This document shows, piece by piece, positions 9,743-20,666 of a stretch of 64,000 bases of DNA. The notes beneath the pieces were generated by a model that did no database searches, was not told the origin of the DNA, and saw only the letters and a list, made by a program, of their open reading frames with translations. This stretch comes from an uncultured Verrucomicrobiae bacterium. GTDB taxonomy: Bacteria; Verrucomicrobiota; Verrucomicrobiia; Chthoniobacterales; JAFAMB01. The position numbers were made by a program, and so were the translations under genes. The stretch is from the NCBI GenBank assembly GCA_963837955.1, contig CAWIPH010000002.1:3232001-3296000 (forward strand), in the 5' to 3' direction. Position 1 is the stretch's first letter, and the number at the start of each line of letters is the position of its first letter.

Positions 9743-11170
9743 TTAGTTCTGTTTATGATTCGCGCGCGCCAGCAGGAAACTCCGCAATTCCGTGCCGATA
9801 GACACCAGAGAGAAATCTTGAGCCCGTTTCTTCGCGCGAAATCCTAGATCTTGTGATAGCTCGATATCGTCCAGCAATCTTTCCAATGCACTCGCCAACG
9901 CAGAAACATCCGCAATCGGAGCTATTATGCCCGGCAACGGCGCTTCATCACCCATGATTTCGGCCACACCTGGGACGGCCGTCGCAACCACCGGCAATCC
10001 GCAAGCCATCCCTTCTAAAGGCGCAACCGGAAAGCCCTCGTGCCGGGACGCCATCACGTAAACATCGGCGGCGGAAAGCCACGTACGCATGAGGGGTCGG
10101 TCACGAATGTAACTGTCGATCCAGAGAACGGATGAATCATGTCGCCCATGTAGCATGCCACGGAATTTGGGAGCGTCGTCGCCGGAGCCGATGAGGACGA
10201 GCCGCCAATCTTGACCAAGATGTGCTGCTCGAAGTTTAGACCAAGCATCAAGTAATAGATCCAGACCTTTTCGGAAGATATCGATGCGCCCGTGCGAGAT
10301 CGCTATTCGGGCATCGAGTGGTAGATCCAGCGTCTTTCGAGCTTCCGCGCGGGGGATCGGCTGCCATTCAGTGAGGTCAAGAGGATTGGGAAGGCGCGCG
10401 ATCTTGTCAGGCGCGACCCGATACTCTGACTGCACTCTTGCGACTTCGTTGCTAGGACCAATAATCAACCCTGCACACTGCCTTACTGCAGGCGGGCGCG
10501 TTATCTTTTCCAGCCGGCTGATCTGCCAGTTACCGCCCTGAAAGGTAGCAAAAACGGGAAGATCGAGAAGGCGCCCAAGCGCGGTTACGACGTCGAAGCG
10601 AGCATATTCGTACTCTTGGCAAAGGATCATGCCGACGCCCCTGCGTCTGAGTTCTCGCCGGAGACTCCACGGCGGCGTGGCGAAGTAAGGGAGAAGGTGT
10701 CGAAGAAGTTTTTTCGCCGGCTTGAGCAGCTTTCGGCCGGCGAACATGTTGGCGGTCTCCCAGGCATAGGGATCTGCAAAAAACTGCCGCATCCAAAGGT
10801 AGGATCGCTTAGCCGGAATAAGGCATATTTCCGCGCCGGTGGATTTATGTCGTTTCGAACCAACCACGCGGGCCCGGCTTGAGAAACAAAAGATAGTGAC
10901 CTGAAAACCGACAAGCTGAAGCGCCCGGACATAACCAAAAAGCCAGCCACCGGTCATTTCCATGCAGAACTGCTCAAATGATACTCCGAGTCCATCGAGA
11001 AAATCCTCGACGGTATGACCCCACGGCAATAGCGCGACGTGCAGCCTATCGGGAGGCCTGGGCTGGTTGATTAGAGGTGATTTGCCTCTGCTCGGGTCGA
11101 TGTCCAACGCGAGGTCTGATCCATGCATAAGCAGTTTCTGTCCCTTTCGTCCCGGCACGATGAAACGCAT
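9743..11170 (-). CDS. GT4 glycosyltransferase
   Basis: 'SRHEGFPVAPLEGMACGLPVVAT'; start uncertain because the ORF overlaps the upstream gene by ~125 nt. Confidence 0.85.
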   Translation of the reverse strand: MRFIVPGRKGQKLLMHGSDLALDIDPSRGKSPLINQPRPPDRLHVALLPWGHTVEDFLDGLGVSFEQFCMEMTGGWLFGYVRALQLVGFQVTIFCFSSRARVVGSKRHKSTGAEICLIPAKRSYLWMRQFFADPYAWETANMFAGRKLLKPAKKLLRHLLPYFATPPWSLRRELRRRGVGMILCQEYEYARFDVVTALGRLLDLPVFATFQGGNWQISRLEKITRPPAVRQCAGLIIGPSNEVARVQSEYRVAPDKIARLPNPLDLTEWQPIPRAEARKTLDLPLDARIAISHGRIDIFRKGLDLLLDAWSKLRAAHLGQDWRLVLIGSGDDAPKFRGMLHGRHDSSVLWIDSYIRDRPLMRTWLSAADVYVMASRHEGFPVAPLEGMACGLPVVATAVPGVAEIMGDEAPLPGIIAPIADVSALASALERLLDDIELSQDLGFRAKKRAQDFSLVSIGTELRSFLLARANHKQN

Positions 11171-13181
11171 ACCCGGCCAGGGTGATTGGGCCGAGCATCG
11201 CCCAGCAAAGCTGTCGCCAGCGCCTGGTCAGATTTGAGAATCCGACATCGTGGCACAGGACGGTTAGTGGATTGATAAAACTAGCGGTCAGGCCAGCTGG
11301 AAAACCAACTAGCTTCTCGATTTCGGTTCGCGAGTAGCCGCGGCGAACGTGCCCCCATTCAGCAAACAGGTTTTCCTCGGGGGGACAATACGCTCTCATG
11401 AATCGATAAAAAGGAAACCGCCAGTTTTCATTTGGCGTGCTGACCAGCAGGAATCCACCGGGGCGCAAGACGCGAAATGCCTCCCGCACCGCCTGGCGGT
11501 CATTCGGTACATGTTCCAGGAGATCAAACATGGTGACCGCATCAAAACTTTCATCTTCGAATGGCAGATCGGTCGCATCCCCGCAGACAAAGCGGACACC
11601 GGGCCGCTGATTACACGGAGCCGATGCATATTCGCCATTGAGATCGATATTTATGACTTGAGCGTTTGGGTATAGCAGCGAAGTGACTCCACTGCGACCA
11701 CCGCCAACTTCTAGAATCTTTACGACCGGAGCATCGGGTGCGACTCGATGGATCGCCCGCATTTTTTCGCGGTAGAAAAGACCTTGCGTATACGGACCTG
11801 GAAATGGGTTGTCATTGAGAAAATCGGCAAGAGCCCGTTTGTGTCGGTGAGGCATGGCATGTGAGCTGGATTTAGGATCAAGATTTGAGCGCAACGAGGA
11901 CGTGAAAGCACTCGGCTGTGATTGACGGAAGTAGGTCACGAATCCTGAAGCACACCCGAGCAGTTCGCCGAAAAACGAGCTCCAATCGTCGTTGAGCCGC
12001 ATCCGCTTCAGCCGCCGGTAATAGGCATATGGAATCGTTGTAAAGAGCCTCCGGATATTTCCAAAATGCCGGTGTTTTTCGAACTGCACCAACAACGCCG
12101 CGACGTGGCCGCGCATATATTGCTTCATCTGGCTTCTGAAAGCGTCGCGATCGACGCGATGCGAATGCCATACAACCGCGCGTGGCTCGTACACAATCGA
12201 CATTCCCGCTGCCAGCATCCGATACCAAAATTCAGAGTCTTCGCTGCAACCGGAAGCGCCTGCACCAAGACGCTCATCGAAAAGCCCAATCCGGCTGAAC
12301 GCGTTCCGGCGGAAAGCCATGTTTGCGCCCGCCCCAATACGCCAGACGGGGACCCCCCGGTCCAGCATGCTATTAAAGAAAAACGAGTCGAAAGCGATCG
12401 GACGGTAACCGCGGCTGAACCCGCCGAAGTCTAGTTCGAAACGGATCTGTGACTCGGTATCCAATTCCGCTGGGAGCACCAATCCAGCAATCCCGAATAC
12501 TGTGTCGTGCGACAATGCCTGCCAAACCCCCAGCAGCCAACGTGGATGAACCTGCACGTCATCGTCAGTAAACGCCACGATCTCCCCGCAAGAACGCAAA
12601 ATGCCGCTATTTCGCGCCCGGCTGAGTCCCAAAGCGGGCTCCGGCCGATAAATCACTCCGGCAAACTCTTCGACCACATTGAGGGTGCAGGGTTCTTCGG
12701 GCGCGTTATCAACCACGATAATTTCCGCCGGGGACGGATCCAGTCGCTGAAGAGCGGTCAAGCAGCGTCTCAATTTCTCGGGACGCCGGCGGGTACACAC
12801 GATCACCGAAACCGGAACCTGTCTTGGGGCCAGCAGAGCTTTGCTTGTCAGATTCTTCAGCGGCTGGCTCAGAGCAGCGAGCGATTCGAGCGGCGCAGGG
12901 AAATTGTCAGCAGGGTTCGGCCGCCGGATCGGAAGGGATGGCTTGAAGCCGTTTTTCAATGAATAATACCCAACCGCAGGAGCAATCGCGCGCAAAGCTC
13001 TCCGCTGAATGTCGGCTTCATTGAGTGGAAACTCACCATCGTGAACCAGTGTATGACCGAGTGGGATATCGTTCCACCAAAACACAAGGTATACTCCCAC
13101 GGCATTTCCGGGTGTGCTCATCGCGCGAAGCGGTTCATTGAGCCTCACCTGAATGACTTCCCATCGATCAGGATCGCTCAT
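11046..13181 (-). CDS. GT2 glycosyltransferase with in-frame C-terminal SAM methyltransferase domain
   Basis: GT2 motifs 'VSVIVCTRRR', 'VVDNA', 'FTDDD', 'GAGANMAFRR'; then 'ILEVGGG', 'FDLLEH', 'RVLRPGG'. Start set at MSDPDRW (13181), which forms an ATGA overlap with the upstream stop. Confidence 0.8.
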   Translation of the reverse strand: MSDPDRWEVIQVRLNEPLRAMSTPGNAVGVYLVFWWNDIPLGHTLVHDGEFPLNEADIQRRALRAIAPAVGYYSLKNGFKPSLPIRRPNPADNFPAPLESLAALSQPLKNLTSKALLAPRQVPVSVIVCTRRRPEKLRRCLTALQRLDPSPAEIIVVDNAPEEPCTLNVVEEFAGVIYRPEPALGLSRARNSGILRSCGEIVAFTDDDVQVHPRWLLGVWQALSHDTVFGIAGLVLPAELDTESQIRFELDFGGFSRGYRPIAFDSFFFNSMLDRGVPVWRIGAGANMAFRRNAFSRIGLFDERLGAGASGCSEDSEFWYRMLAAGMSIVYEPRAVVWHSHRVDRDAFRSQMKQYMRGHVAALLVQFEKHRHFGNIRRLFTTIPYAYYRRLKRMRLNDDWSSFFGELLGCASGFVTYFRQSQPSAFTSSLRSNLDPKSSSHAMPHRHKRALADFLNDNPFPGPYTQGLFYREKMRAIHRVAPDAPVVKILEVGGGRSGVTSLLYPNAQVINIDLNGEYASAPCNQRPGVRFVCGDATDLPFEDESFDAVTMFDLLEHVPNDRQAVREAFRVLRPGGFLLVSTPNENWRFPFYRFMRAYCPPEENLFAEWGHVRRGYSRTEIEKLVGFPAGLTASFINPLTVLCHDVGFSNLTRRWRQLCWAMLGPITLAGYAFHRAGTKGTETAYAWIRPRVGHRPEQRQITSNQPAQASR

Positions 13182-14393
13182 GCGAAATCCCTTCGAACCG
13201 TTGCGATGCGTTTCAAGGAGCGGGGGTATTCGCCAAAAATACCCACCATTCCTCCGCAGAATTCCGCAAATATCATCGAGAAAGGCAGAACATGCTTGCC
13301 GCGGAACGCTTCGCAGAGTTGTAGGAGCTGGTCGCGGATCCACCAGATCACCAAACGACGAAATCGGGCGCGTTGGGCTGGATCGTTCCGATAGCTCTTC
13401 TCCACAAAGGCCATGAATCCCAAACCCCAAGTGTAATACTGGCGTCGCAGACCCGATTCGGAGGCGCGGTGTTCATGGAAGACCATGTAACTGGGCTCAT
13501 AGACCACCACGTGGCCGGCTCGGATGATCCGATAAAAAATGTCAAGATCGCCACCGCCCGGAAGAGGAGCTCCGGTATCGAGGGCTTCATCGAATCCGCC
13601 GATGTCGCGCAGCACGTCGCGGCGGAACGCCATGTTGCAACCTGCGCCGAAGATACCGGCGCCGCACGGATAAAGCGGATTGCCAGGCAATCTCTCGGCC
13701 AAATCGATTCTTGTCGAAGCCACGCCGGAACCCATTCCTTTTCTCAAAGAGCACCTGCGCTGTCGTATCCAGTCTCAGCGGCATCACTAGCCCGGTGAAC
13801 AGCGGCAGCATCCGGAGTTCTCGCCCCACGCTTCCTCGCAAACCCGCAAACCAGCCCGAGTCTACAACAACGTCATCGTCGAGATAAGCAATCAGCTCCC
13901 CGGTCGCTTCCATCCAGGCTCGGTTGCGCGCAAAGTCCAGACCCGGGCGTCTTTCCCAGACGTACCGCACGCCGGTGAGGACCTTTTAACAAGTTTGGCG
14001 GTTGTATCGTCAGAAGGCGCATTGTCGATAACCAGAAGTTCAAAGCCGTATTTCCGCTGCAGCGGAAGAACCGAATCGAGACAGCGGTTAAGGGTCGCAA
14101 CTCGATCTCTGGTGCAAATGGCAACCGAGAGCGACGGAAAGGAAACGTTCGTCCGCGGCGGGGCAAGCTCGTCGCGAATTGCTTCCTCAACAATTTTCGT
14201 TTTCAGCTCATCACCGATCCAGCGGTTCAACTCTTCTGGGGACCAGGTCAGTTTGCCCGCAGTTTTCTCGCATAAGAAAGCCAATCGGTCGCCCGTTACG
14301 CCGGATAAGAAGTGCCGCTCCGTTCTCATCAGGTCCAAACTCTAAAGACCCCAGAGGGTGGGTGACTTCTGTCTCACCGAGTCGATAGCGCAT
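13178..14393 (-). pseudogene. GT2 glycosyltransferase split by several frameshifts (probably sequencing indels)
   Basis: Consecutive GT2 pieces in different frames: MRYRLGETEV (start 14393), 'LSVAICTRDR...IDNAPSD', 'PGLDFARNRA...YLDDDV', 'GAGCNMAFRR...GGGDLDIFYR'. Confidence 0.8.
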
Positions 14394-16193
14394 GGGCTCG
14401 TAACTTCTCGCCTGAATGCTTCTTCCGAAGTTGAAGCGCGTAGAAACGCGAGAAAAGCCCTCCGTGGCCAAAAGCTGCGTTACCGACCCGCTCTCGACGA
14501 TTTTCCCAGCATCAAGCACGATAACTTTATCGGCATGCTCAATGGTGCTGATCCGATGGGCGATGATCAATACGGTTCGGCCGTGTCCGAACTCTTCAAG
14601 GGCATCCTGGAACGACTTTTTCCGAGATAAGATCGAGCGAATTTGTCGCCTCATCGAGAATCAAATTTGTGGATCTCGGATGAACGCGCGCGCCAGTGCC
14701 AGCCTTTGCCGTTGACCGCCAGAGAGGCGCGAGACCCCAATCCCCGAGAGATCGTTTCAAACCCATCTGGCAGATCCTCGATGAACTCCAGGGCATGCGC
14801 TTTACGGGCCGCTTCCAGGAGTTCTTCGCGGGTGGCATCGAGCTTCCCGTAGATGATGTTGTCGGCCACACTCGCATTAAAAAGAAAGATGTCCTGGCTT
14901 ACTACCGCGATCTGGTTACGCCACCAGGTTAGATCAAGCTCGGGCAGCGGAATCCCGTCAATCAATAGACGCCCTGAAGAAGGATCGTAAAAGCGGCAGA
15001 TCAAACTGATCAGGCTAGACTTGCCGGCGCCCGACGGACCAACCAAGGCAGTGGTTTCGCCAATGTTGATCGAACAGGTTACCTGATCTAGAGCCGGACC
15101 TTTTTCGGAGCCGTAATAGAGTGAGACATTCTCGAAGAGGATCCTTTTCTCGACCGACTCAGGCACCCGGGCACCACTGCGTAGATAGGGCTTATCGGTC
15201 TCATCGAGAAGTCTCTTCACTTCTTCGACGGAAGCTGAGAAAGCATTAAGCGCCACCCGATCGCGAATCGAACTGTTTAATGCGGGGCTGCAGTCGATAC
15301 AGCAGGATCAGAAAAATGAACGAGGCCGCCATCTGTCCGGGAGCGCGCATTGCCATCACCGCCACGATGCCAAGCAACAAAGACGCCGTAAGCATTTCGG
15401 ACAACGGATGAACCAATGCGGAGGTGCTCTCCAGTTTCCAGAAGATCTTTCTCACCTTACGCGAAGCTACGTTAAACCGGTTCTGCTCGTGACTTTCACG
15501 TCCAAAGGCGCGAATCAGCCGCAGGCCATGAAACGTCTCAAGCATTCGTTGAGAAAGGGTTGCGTTTGCGGCTGTTGCCTGAAGACCGAGCTGCTTCGCG
15601 CGGCCGGTGAGGCCTTTGAACGATTTGAGAGATCAATAGCAGCAAGCAGCCAGTGATCAGCGTTAGCTTCCAGGAAATCAGCAGTAGTAGGATACCCAAG
15701 ATCAGCGTCATACAGGCATTAATAATCACGTTAGCGAGCACTGCGAACGCGGAGCTGACACGCCAGGTATCGGTGCCCAGGGTATTCAGTAATTTCCCGG
15801 AATCGTTCGCGTCCAAGTAGCTCTGGCTCACGCTGAGCAATTGATGAAGAATACCGCAACGAAGCCGATGGCTGATGGACGCATTCACCCACTGGAAGAG
15901 CAACGAGTAGGCGTAGCTGAGAATATTTTTCAGCACTACACACAAAAGAATACTGAGACCGATCCACCAAAGCCGCGTCTCGGCCGGAATTCCCTGGAAC
16001 ACAGCTGTCATCCTACCAAGAACGCCGGCATCCCCGGTCCCATCTGATTCTGTACGAGCGGAACCAATAGTGAAATTGAGAGACCTTCTGACAACGCAGT
16101 CAGTACCCCGAGAATAATCATGACCGAGAGCATCCAACGCTGAAGGCGCAGTAAGGGAAAGAGGGCTCTAAGAGCATGCACGAGAACAGCCAT
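14374..16193 (-). pseudogene. ABC exporter, TMD+NBD fusion (MsbA/PglK-like), multiply frameshifted
   Basis: TM fragments (16008-16193, 15538-16137, 15246-15545), Walker A 'GPSGAGKS', Q-loop 'VSQD'; LSGGQRQR and 'LILDEAT' lie out of frame; 'IIAHRISTI'; likely end GLFSRFYALQ...STR*. Confidence 0.82.
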
Positions 16194-16236
16194 CGATTAA
16201 GCTCCGTCGTCCAACGCCGCAGACCAGCGCGCCAGC

Positions 16237-17244
16237 TCAAAGTGTCTGAAAATCGCGTTTAATATGAACGGACGCTTCCTTCTTTTCTTGGCATGCAAGA
16301 TAGCTTTTTCGCTCCCCTGGCTGGTCGGGCGAGTGACTAGATTGAACACACTTTTTGACGAAAGTCTTGTAGATACCGGCTTTCAACAACAAGACCGGAT
16401 TAGCAGAGACAGCTTCCTTCAAGTAGCGGAGGCACCCGGGGTAATCCCCCCAATCATAGCATTTATCTGCAAGGTACAAATAAAAGTAACCACCGGACCA
16501 ACGAAACGTGGCGGCTGGCAAGTCGTCGTTACGCTGACGCACTCGACGCATGGTGACGGTAAACGATGCAATCATACTTTCAGCATTACGACTCATGGCC
16601 GAGCTGCTCTGCCGATATGCGGCCAGATGTTCGGGAACGACACGAATGCTAAAGCACTCGGCAACCCGCAGATAGAGATCCCAATCTTCACACCCCTGGG
16701 CTCCTTCTTGCTCGACTCGGGTGAGGTAAAGGCCGACCTTTTCGAGAGCGGCTACACGAAATAGCGGCACACTGGCGTTGCCAAGGAGGTTTTGCAAAAC
16801 CATTGCATGACGTAAGCGACCCTCAAATGTATCGGGAGGACCTGTATCCACGAGGTTACCCTGCTCGTTGATCAATTTGGACCAGCAATACACCAGACCT
16901 GTTTCGTTGCCACATTGCTCCATACGGGCAACTTGCTTCTCAAGCTTCTCTGGAAACCAAAGGTCATCGGCATCCAAGGGAGCAACGTATTTGCCGCGCG
17001 CCTTCCGTATCGCAGCATTCCGCGCGGCGCCCACTCCCGCATTACTCTGCCGGACGAGCTGAAATCTGGCATCCCTTGTTACGAATTCTTCAACGATGTT
17101 AGCGGTGGCATCTGAGGAACCATCATCAACTACAATCACTTCGATCGCTTGATAGGTTTGAGTGAGGACAGAATTAAGCGTCTGCCGAATGTCTAGCGCG
17201 GCATTGAATGCTGGAATAATTACCGATACCAGTGCCTTGTCCAA
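16237..17244 (-). CDS. GT2 glycosyltransferase
   Basis: 'VSVIIPAFN', 'VVDDGSSD', 'PLDADD', 'CEDWDL'. Confidence 0.9.
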   Translation of the reverse strand: MDKALVSVIIPAFNAALDIRQTLNSVLTQTYQAIEVIVVDDGSSDATANIVEEFVTRDARFQLVRQSNAGVGAARNAAIRKARGKYVAPLDADDLWFPEKLEKQVARMEQCGNETGLVYCWSKLINEQGNLVDTGPPDTFEGRLRHAMVLQNLLGNASVPLFRVAALEKVGLYLTRVEQEGAQGCEDWDLYLRVAECFSIRVVPEHLAAYRQSSSAMSRNAESMIASFTVTMRRVRQRNDDLPAATFRWSGGYFYLYLADKCYDWGDYPGCLRYLKEAVSANPVLLLKAGIYKTFVKKCVQSSHSPDQPGERKSYLACQEKKEASVHIKRDFQTL

Positions 17245-17364
17245 GTTCCTCTACCCTCAGCTCACGATTTTCCAATTCCTTATTGTCCTGGTTCAGACGA
17301 AGGCGTCCTAAAATTTGTTCACGTTATTGGCTTATTAATTACCGGTGCCGGGTGCGGCGATGCT

Positions 17365-18330
17365 TTACATTTCCTTGATACGCCAGGGGTGACAGCGGCC
17401 CAGGAAAATGTCCTTTAGAGCCAATAGATGTCCTTTCAGCCTTCCACTCCAATCCAGAGAGCGATCGCCCTTCAGTAGATTCCATAGGCTCGTCCACGTG
17501 CTCTTGCCAAAACAGATCAACCAAAAGCGAGTCCAGGACTTGAGAGCGGGCAGATGCGTCACTCCTTTTTTTAGAAAATACCAATTGTTCGCTACGAGCG
17601 AATATCCCCGTAATACTTCACGCACCCGGCCTCCCGGCGTTTCCAGATGGACCCCGACGCAACCCGCAAAGCGGCCGATGAGACCGTAACGCTCCAAGCG
17701 GATTGATAGGTCGTAATCCTCCCCATAGGAATAAAACGGAAGATTTTCGTCAAATGTCTCATAATTTAGGATAGCCCGCCGGATGATCATATTGCAGCCG
17801 TAAAGAATATGATGCTTTCCCTGACTGAAGAACACGCCTCTCGGGTTTCCTCCGGGTTGATAACTAGCAATCAACTTCTTCGCTTCCTCTCGGCTAACGC
17901 CTCCGTCTACGAGAATACGGCCAGAGATCCCCACGACTGAGAGATTCGCGTTCATAAACGCGACAGCTTGCTCCAAATAGTCATTTTTCAGCTCAAAATC
18001 ATCATCGAAGAATCCGATGTATGTCACCGTGTTCGAGATTGCTTCTATGCCCCGGTTTCTTTGCACCGTTAGTCCAAGGGGCCCCACGATGTACTGCACG
18101 TCGTCCCCCCATTGTTTCCCAGGCAGGTCCTCGGCTGAGGGCACAACAATAATGATTTCTTTCGGTTTCAGCGTTTGCCTCCGAAGATTTTCGATAGTTT
18201 CACTAACAGAATCAGGGCGGCCTTTGGAAGCGATCACTACACTGATCGAAGTACCCGCTAGCTTGTCGTTCGGAGGCTGACTAGCCGTATCTACCCTATT
18301 GATGAGGTTATTCAAAACAATGGAATCCAT
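17365..18330 (-). CDS. GT2 glycosyltransferase
   Basis: 'ISVVIASKGR', 'QRNRG', 'FFDDD', 'GCNM', 'GEDYD'. Confidence 0.87.
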   Translation of the reverse strand: MDSIVLNNLINRVDTASQPPNDKLAGTSISVVIASKGRPDSVSETIENLRRQTLKPKEIIIVVPSAEDLPGKQWGDDVQYIVGPLGLTVQRNRGIEAISNTVTYIGFFDDDFELKNDYLEQAVAFMNANLSVVGISGRILVDGGVSREEAKKLIASYQPGGNPRGVFFSQGKHHILYGCNMIIRRAILNYETFDENLPFYSYGEDYDLSIRLERYGLIGRFAGCVGVHLETPGGRVREVLRGYSLVANNWYFLKKGVTHLPALKSWTRFWLICFGKSTWTSLWNLLKGDRSLDWSGRLKGHLLALKDIFLGRCHPWRIKEM

Positions 18331-18474
18331 TCCTCGCCATTTTCTTAGCTAGTTTTAAAATTAGATGAAAGTCGGGGACAGTTTCTGTCCGGAAGAGTCC
18401 CTTGGCCAGCATGTTTCATTTGACAAATCGTCAGAGTTTTCCGGAAGCGAAAAAGTGCTCCGATCCGCTGATTA

Positions 18475-19395
18475 CTAACCGGATCGATCGTGGGGTGTCG
18501 CTCTTAATAGGCACGTACAGGCGCCGATGCACATCGCCAGTCGAAGTTTATAGTCATGATTTTGAAAACGGACAATCGCCAGAAATAAAAGAATAGGTAG
18601 GGATGCTATCAGTTTGATGGGTCGTAAATGAGGTGGAAGCGGTAGATCACGAGATCGGAAAATCCGAATTTCACTAATGCCTTCCCAGAACGTTCGCCTT
18701 AGAATCCATGACATCTTTAGTCTTTCCCGGCTAATTTTGTGGTAAACTTTGAAGGCTGGATCAAAACCGGCGCCCAGCCCCGCATCCAAAACGCTTTGCG
18801 TGACCTGACAATCGTCACCACTGATAAGGCTACTGCCGACGCGGCCGAGCTTTTCTGGAAAACCGCCGATATCTAGCAAGACGCGCCGACGGATAGCGTA
18901 GTTGGCGCCGTTCACGGTGTAGCCGTCTGTGACTGACCCTGGTCTGTCGGCTTCAGCCAGAGAGAGATACATTTTCCACCGCTTGCTGAGGTGCTCCCCG
19001 CTGATACCATCCGGCCATTGCGGATATATTCCCCCGCCAATGACGGCCTGGGTTGGAGACGCGGCGGCCAGAGTGGCTAATAACTTTCCCAGCCAGTTCG
19101 GAAATGGCACGGCGTCGTCGTCCAGGAACACCACCCAGTCAGCAGCCGCCAAGTGGACGCCGCAATTACGGGCGAGCGATAGGCCAGGCTGGTCCACTCG
19201 TGTCAATTTCACAGCCGGATAGAGGATTATCAGCTTCTCCATTTCAGCCTTATTTTTCGGATCTGAAGCGCTGTCGACGAGAATGATTTCGGCTTGGGCG
19301 CCGATTTGAGGAATCAACGCGCCGAGACATTCCGAAACGTCGGCGCTCCGGTTGTGGCTGCAAATCACGATTGAAACGAGCGGGCCCTTGTTCAT
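18475..19395 (-). CDS. GT2 glycosyltransferase
   Basis: 'VSIVICSHNR', 'GLSLARN', 'FLDDD', 'GANY'. Confidence 0.9.
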   Translation of the reverse strand: MNKGPLVSIVICSHNRSADVSECLGALIPQIGAQAEIILVDSASDPKNKAEMEKLIILYPAVKLTRVDQPGLSLARNCGVHLAAADWVVFLDDDAVPFPNWLGKLLATLAAASPTQAVIGGGIYPQWPDGISGEHLSKRWKMYLSLAEADRPGSVTDGYTVNGANYAIRRRVLLDIGGFPEKLGRVGSSLISGDDCQVTQSVLDAGLGAGFDPAFKVYHKISRERLKMSWILRRTFWEGISEIRIFRSRDLPLPPHLRPIKLIASLPILLFLAIVRFQNHDYKLRLAMCIGACTCLLRATPHDRSG

Positions 19396-19526
19396 GGGTA
19401 AGCGGGTGTTTGAAATGTCTCCAGATCAACAAACAGCGAGCACGTCGAATTCACCTTTGGAGCGTGGTTCAAAGCAACAATTAACTCTTTCTGCAGCCTT
19501 AACGTTTGGGATGCGTATAGTAGAAA

Positions 19527-20603
19527 TTAGTGCAGCTCCGAGCTGATCAAATCTCCCCACTCTGCCAGGAATTTTTCGCGAGTGGCACTCTGGGCATGAA
19601 CTATAAGAGCGTTCTTCAACTCTTTACGCCTTCGTTCGTTGAGAGCGAGAACAGATTCCATTGCTTCGCCAATATCCGAGACGGAATGCGGGTCCACCTG
19701 TATCGCCAGACCGTTCACAGCCTCGGCGAGGGCACTGTCTCGGGAAATAATAGGAACTAGCCCGTGGAGCGCAGCTTCCAGCGCTGGCATGCCGAAGCCT
19801 TCGAGCAGGCTTGGTAGCACGAACGCACTCGCCTCCTGGTACAGCCAGCGCAGCTGTGCGTCCGAGACGTAACCTAGAACCTTAACTCCCGCCGTACGCG
19901 CTGCAGTCGCCACAATTTCCTCCGCACCTGCGCCTCTCGCACCGCAAAGTATGTAGCTTACATCGCGTTTAGCGAAGCCGTATCGCTCGAATGCCTCAAT
20001 GGCAGTACGCTGGTTCTTCCTTGTCTCGAGTGCTCCGACTGTGAGGAAGAACGGCCGTTGGATCCCGGGAATAGGTTCGGAATGGCCGACCAGGCTGCCC
20101 GCGCGCACGTACAAAGAAATCGCCCTGAGGAAGCGAAAGTTTGTGCCGAATTTCGCCTCAAAAGCGTATCGTGAGGCGTTGCTGACGAAGACTATTCCGG
20201 GCCGCGCCGTAACGATCTTCCTGTAGGCCTTCTCGTATGCGCCGACCGTGCCGCTGTCGTAAAGTTCCGGGTGGCTCACCGGGCCGATGTCGTGACACAA
20301 AACGATGTCCGAGGACTCCAGCCTGGAGCGACTAACATAAAGTGGATCCAGAAAAAGCCGCTTGAGCTTTACTGCTTTCGGCTCGGGCCAGAGAAACCTG
20401 CTTGATGTACCAAATCGCGCAATCTCCCGCAGCATCAAACGCCCGAATATCTTCCGAGCTATGCCGGTAGGGAGTTGCGGTCTCAACAGGCGCCACCTTC
20501 TGACGATTCCCTTGGTGCCGAATGCCCGAGCGAGATCCTCAGCAATGTAGTGCGCACCGGTCCGGTTGATCAACGATAGCGAACAATCTAACAATAGTTG
20601 CAT
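19527..20603 (-). CDS. GT4 glycosyltransferase
   Basis: 'VGALETRKN', 'PSLLEGFGMPALEA'. Confidence 0.88.
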   Translation of the reverse strand: MQLLLDCSLSLINRTGAHYIAEDLARAFGTKGIVRRWRLLRPQLPTGIARKIFGRLMLREIARFGTSSRFLWPEPKAVKLKRLFLDPLYVSRSRLESSDIVLCHDIGPVSHPELYDSGTVGAYEKAYRKIVTARPGIVFVSNASRYAFEAKFGTNFRFLRAISLYVRAGSLVGHSEPIPGIQRPFFLTVGALETRKNQRTAIEAFERYGFAKRDVSYILCGARGAGAEEIVATAARTAGVKVLGYVSDAQLRWLYQEASAFVLPSLLEGFGMPALEAALHGLVPIISRDSALAEAVNGLAIQVDPHSVSDIGEAMESVLALNERRRKELKNALIVHAQSATREKFLAEWGDLISSELH

Positions 20604-20666
20604 CTTACTCCGTGCTCGAAAGAGTTTGTCGGAACCTGGTATGTCGTCTGGCGAGAGGAGATACTA

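Noticed and set aside
13182..13430. N-terminal extension of the 794-aa ORF
   Set aside because: It overlaps the upstream GT2 C-terminus; the ATGA-coupled start at 13181 is more plausible
14374..16193. Programmed frameshifting in the split genes
   Set aside because: Too many breaks per gene and no consistent slippery sites; simple indels explain them
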